A DNA stretch of 64,000 bases from Picochlorum sp. SENEW3 (Eukaryota), in the NCBI GenBank assembly GCA_034226945.1, contig CP120457.1:558001-622000 (forward strand). The letters are read 5' to 3'. The stretch's first letter is position 1. The number at the start of each line of letters is the position of its first letter. The notes beneath the pieces were generated by a model, which did no database searches, had not been told where the DNA came from, and was given only the letters and a program-made list of their open reading frames with translations. A program made the translations under genes and the position numbers. Positions 60,721 to 64,000 of this stretch are shown here, one piece after another.

Positions 60721-61611
60721 TCAACAGTACTTTGCTGTAATCAACAGCAACAAGTGCATACAGACTGCGCAGTGCATGCTGTTGATTGTGAAGACACCAT
60801 CCAAGCAGGAATGAAATCAATTGCAGCGCACCCAAACCGAAAAAGTTAACAATACAAAATACTAATACCAGTGGGCATTGTGAATATTAATAATAATACT
60901 TGTTCAAAAAACCATGTAGATATGAAACATTTGTACATGATGCTACTTGTATTCTCTGAAATGCCATCAACATGGATCCCACAAAGGGCATGTTTGATGC
61001 TAAAAAACACTGGCCAAACTAATCAATCCAGAACCAGGACACAATCCAACCAATGCTCATTGTAATCAAAATATAGCAGAACCACCCACCCACCAAGCAA
61101 CCCAGCATTTGAAGTGTGTTGGGGGAGATTGCAATGCAGAATAAGGCTGGCCCATACAAGGACATGTGGGAATTAAGCAAGGAGAGCAGAGTGCATGTGT
61201 AATAATTATTTGGTATGTATGTAATATCGTAGTAGGTATATGGATGATGCTGGACATGATGGTAGCGAGGCTACCAGGAATTCGACAAGGAGGCCTTTGG
61301 GGAGACTGACTACCGCCAACACAGCAGAATAATACATCAAAACTATCAGTATATGAATCATGATGATATGAATATACCCACAACAAAGCTCAGACCCTCT
61401 ATATCATGCACGAGTCGTGAGGAAAAACACCAAACCGTTACAAAGAGAACAACACAGTGGTGCTGATGGGATCTCATTGCCATGCACCCTATATGCACAT
61501 CGAGGAGAACCGGATAGGTCGTGCATCACCCGGCACTAGATCAAAGTGATTCGAAACCTGAAAACGAGGCATACCTGCAAAAGAGCATGCTCGGAGGCAA
61601 TCTGAAAACCA

Positions 61612-62050
61612 TCAGAGGTGCCATGATGCCATGGAGACCAGGGCCACCATCCACAGTCCCACCAAGCTCTGTGAGCCTAGCACAGGAGGAACATTGCTGG
61701 TCTCGCTATTCTGCAGATCGCTGTCAAATTCCGACATGCTCACGCGGCCATCACCGTCAGCGTCCATTTGGGACATGATCTGGTCTGCTGTCATGCCCAC
61801 TGCAGTGCAGTTGAGGGTGGAGCAGATCTCGCCGGATGTCAGCACGCTGTTTGCATCGGTATCAAAGCATCCGAGCCAGTCCTTGATCTGCTGGGGCTCG
61901 GTCAGAGACGAGGCGTTATACTTGGCCACCACGCCATCCAGGCAAGTCTGTGTGGAGGCACTGAAAGGTGAGGCTGTGGTGCTGTCAGCCATCGTATCAG
62001 TGATGGACCCTTGGGAATTTGACGCCAACAACTGCCTTCTCCATTGCCTG
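61612..62050 (-). pseudogene. Family A copy 5, 5'-truncated (signal peptide and Cys domain missing)
   Basis: Homology to family A ends at ~62050, just upstream of the (W)RRQLL site. The EF-hand/GPI half is intact. Confidence 0.75.
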
Positions 62051-62630
62051 GTTTTAGGCCTAAGTGGCAATCATGTATACATATGTATATATATAGGCCC
62101 ACAGTTCTGGATAGGAGCGTAATCTGCCGGGGTCGGAACATCACGCAAATTGGTGTTGCTAGTGACGTAACCTAACCTACTTTTGCGTATGTCATCTAGA
62201 TGATATCTCGTGCGAAAATTGCATTCATAATTCATACTCATAAACACCGCTATTCTCCGATAAAAAAATTATTTCGAATAGTGTGAAATAGTTCAATACA
62301 ATTGTCGGGAAAGATTCAGGCTTTCCTTCAGGCGAAATTTATTCTTTTTAGGCGGAACGGTCCTAAGTTCTAGGTTTGTTGGGCACGAGTACGTGTTTCG
62401 CTAGGTGGGCTACTGTGGGATTGGGTTTGTGCGGGTTCATGGAAATTATACACTTTTAAAAGTACATCATTAATTAAATACAGCAGAACACTCTGAATGA
62501 CTGTTGTTACAGCACGCTGCCATTGTCCTTCTGGCCTATTCAGGCCCTCTGCGCATACCAAAACCAAATAGAATTCGTGTCTTTCTTCAGCCGTATTCAA
62601 TCAATCTTCTGGCGGTTTGTGCAGGACGAG

Positions 62631-63581
62631 ATGCAAGATAAGGAGGCTGCAATTGACGAAGGGGTGGTGGACGTGGAGTTGCTGCTGCAGAATGGGGCCA
62701 TCCCACCCAAGCTGGCAGACCGCATACGAGCAGCGGATGCCAATCAGGATGGGCGCCTCTCAGTGCTGGAGCTGGTGGAGGTGATGCGCAGAGAGCAGAA
62801 GGCGGTTGAGGACCGCAAGCTATTCCGTAACATAATGTTGGCCCTTCTCGTTGCCGTGCTGGTGCTGATTGCTACGCTGTGTGGCACAGTCTACGGCATT
62901 GTCAAGCTGACGCAGGAGGTGAATGACCAGGATGGTTTGCTGGTGTCAGCCTCCACTGGAGAGGTGATGGGCACAGGACTGGCACAGGAACCACTCCCTT
63001 TATCTCGCCTGTATCGTTTCGGTGACTCCTCCGAGTTGAGAAATGTGGAGAGTGTCATTGTCGCCTCGAAGCCGGACGAAGGCAGTGCTGATGGCAGTGA
63101 GGAGGTGCAAATGTTTCGAGTATCCAAAATCAGCGCAGTGCCGAACGTGCGCGCCACGGTATACACAGTCGACGGCAGCAAGCTAGAGGTAGACGACACA
63201 GGTGTGCGTGTGGTGGACCAGGATAATGACGTCACGCAGTCTTCTGGTGGCAGAAGACTTTCTGAGACTGCTCCTGTGCAGACTGGAGGGGACGGCACTG
63301 TGCCAGTTGACGCCTATGTGGTTGCCAACATCTCACCCCGTTCAAATGGATGCGACTCTAGTTTGGTAAACAGTTATAAGTGGTGCTTTGACAACTACTC
63401 GAGTGATAGTGACATAGCGCGTTGTCAAGCACGTGCCCAGCAAAGGTATCAGGAATGCAATGCAACCTCTTGCGACAGTTCCAGTTATATGCGAGCATAT
63501 AAGTGGTGTTTGGACAACTACTCGGGTGACAGTGACATAGCGGGTTGCCAAGCAAGAATGCGGGAAAGGTATAACTGTTAA
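62631..63581 (+). CDS. Family B copy 5 (divergent; duplicated C-terminal peptide)
   Basis: EF loop DANQDGRLSVLE, TM, GGRRLS, and two tandem 4-Cys units. ATG at 62631; an upstream exon is possible because gtgcag lies just before it. Confidence 0.8.
   Translation: MQDKEAAIDEGVVDVELLLQNGAIPPKLADRIRAADANQDGRLSVLELVEVMRREQKAVEDRKLFRNIMLALLVAVLVLIATLCGTVYGIVKLTQEVNDQDGLLVSASTGEVMGTGLAQEPLPLSRLYRFGDSSELRNVESVIVASKPDEGSADGSEEVQMFRVSKISAVPNVRATVYTVDGSKLEVDDTGVRVVDQDNDVTQSSGGRRLSETAPVQTGGDGTVPVDAYVVANISPRSNGCDSSLVNSYKWCFDNYSSDSDIARCQARAQQRYQECNATSCDSSSYMRAYKWCLDNYSGDSDIAGCQARMRERYNC
63351..63578 (+). repeat. Internal coding tandem duplication (120-nt period) in B5
   Basis: CDSS...YKWC.DNYS.DSDIA.CQAR...RY..C occurs twice, starting at 63351 and 63471. 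Confidence 0.9.
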
Positions 63582-64000
63582 TTTTAGCAGGATGCTACAA
63601 AATGGCAGCCTTGTGCCTGCAGTTCCACATGTATGCCTAGCATGGAAAATATCCACGGGTGCATGTACGTATTTGTTGTAAACAAAACATTATTCGTATC
63701 CGTAAGGGCGAATCAAGTCGATTGTGGGATTTCTATTAGTGACTTCAAAAAAATCCTATGGGGGAGCGGGGCGCCTATTAATAATTGATAATTTGATATA
63801 AAGGTGCCAAGTTGGCATCCAATCGCCTCTTAGAACCTCTGAATCAATGCTTATGCATATCCTAGTGCACAAACATAATAAACATGGTCGCTTGGCTGAT
63901 CCTGTGTGGAGGAATCTTGACTGGATCACTGTCCATGGCATGTCCTCTGTACGAGCCTTGTGACCCAAAGCCCCGGCGAATTTTGCAAGGTGCTTCATCC

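Larger units (their letters stand above)
54784..62050. repeat. Tandem segmental repeat, ~3.15 kb unit, ~2.3 copies (TFIIF 3' fragment - VPS13 5' fragment - A - shared promoter - B)
   Basis: Family A stop codons fall at 55306, 58458 and 61612 (spacing 3152 and 3154). The intergenic sequences also repeat. Confidence 0.9.

Noticed and set aside
54784..62050. Repeat array read as a CRISPR array, LTR element or DGR
   Set aside because: The units are kilobase gene-containing duplications, and no spacers, reverse transcriptase, transposase or template repeat are seen in the window.
44811..62122. Recurrent antisense ORFs over A and B genes (e.g. METRATIHSPTKL..., MQSAPAPPRIG...)
   Set aside because: They recur only because the sense genes are duplicated and GC-rich; there is no independent coding signal.
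63756..64000. 80-aa minus-strand ORF at the window end
   Set aside because: It has no motif and is cut off by the window edge, so it cannot be supported.

Overview
This is a compact eukaryotic nuclear window with short GT-AG introns and very short intergenic spacers. The gene content suggests a small green alga (Trebouxiophyceae, Picochlorum-like), which is an inference. Positions 1-44 kb hold mostly housekeeping genes: strawberry notch, SMPD4-like, ATP sulfurylase, a TAAC-type carrier, PFK, MOSC, PITH, a CW-finger protein, V-ATPase C, SCCPDH-like, TTM, MetRS and a giant VPS13-like gene. This part also has a stand-alone, apparently catalytically intact tyrosine recombinase with an organelle-transit-like N-terminus. 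Positions 44.8-63.6 kb are a rearranged, amplifying locus of head-to-head gene pairs. Family A (5 copies, one truncated) reads: signal peptide, hypervariable 12-Cys Diedel-like domain, RxLL site, two EF-hands, GPI-like tail. Family B (5 copies) reads: EF-hand, transmembrane helix, conserved luminal domain, RR(R/K)LL site, hypervariable Cys-rich helical-hairpin-like peptide. The two precursors are mirror images, with near-identical constant regions and variation concentrated in the releasable Cys-rich parts. This is the best candidate for an undescribed diversified peptide (recognition/defence) system. All calls come from reading the sequence; no searches were run.
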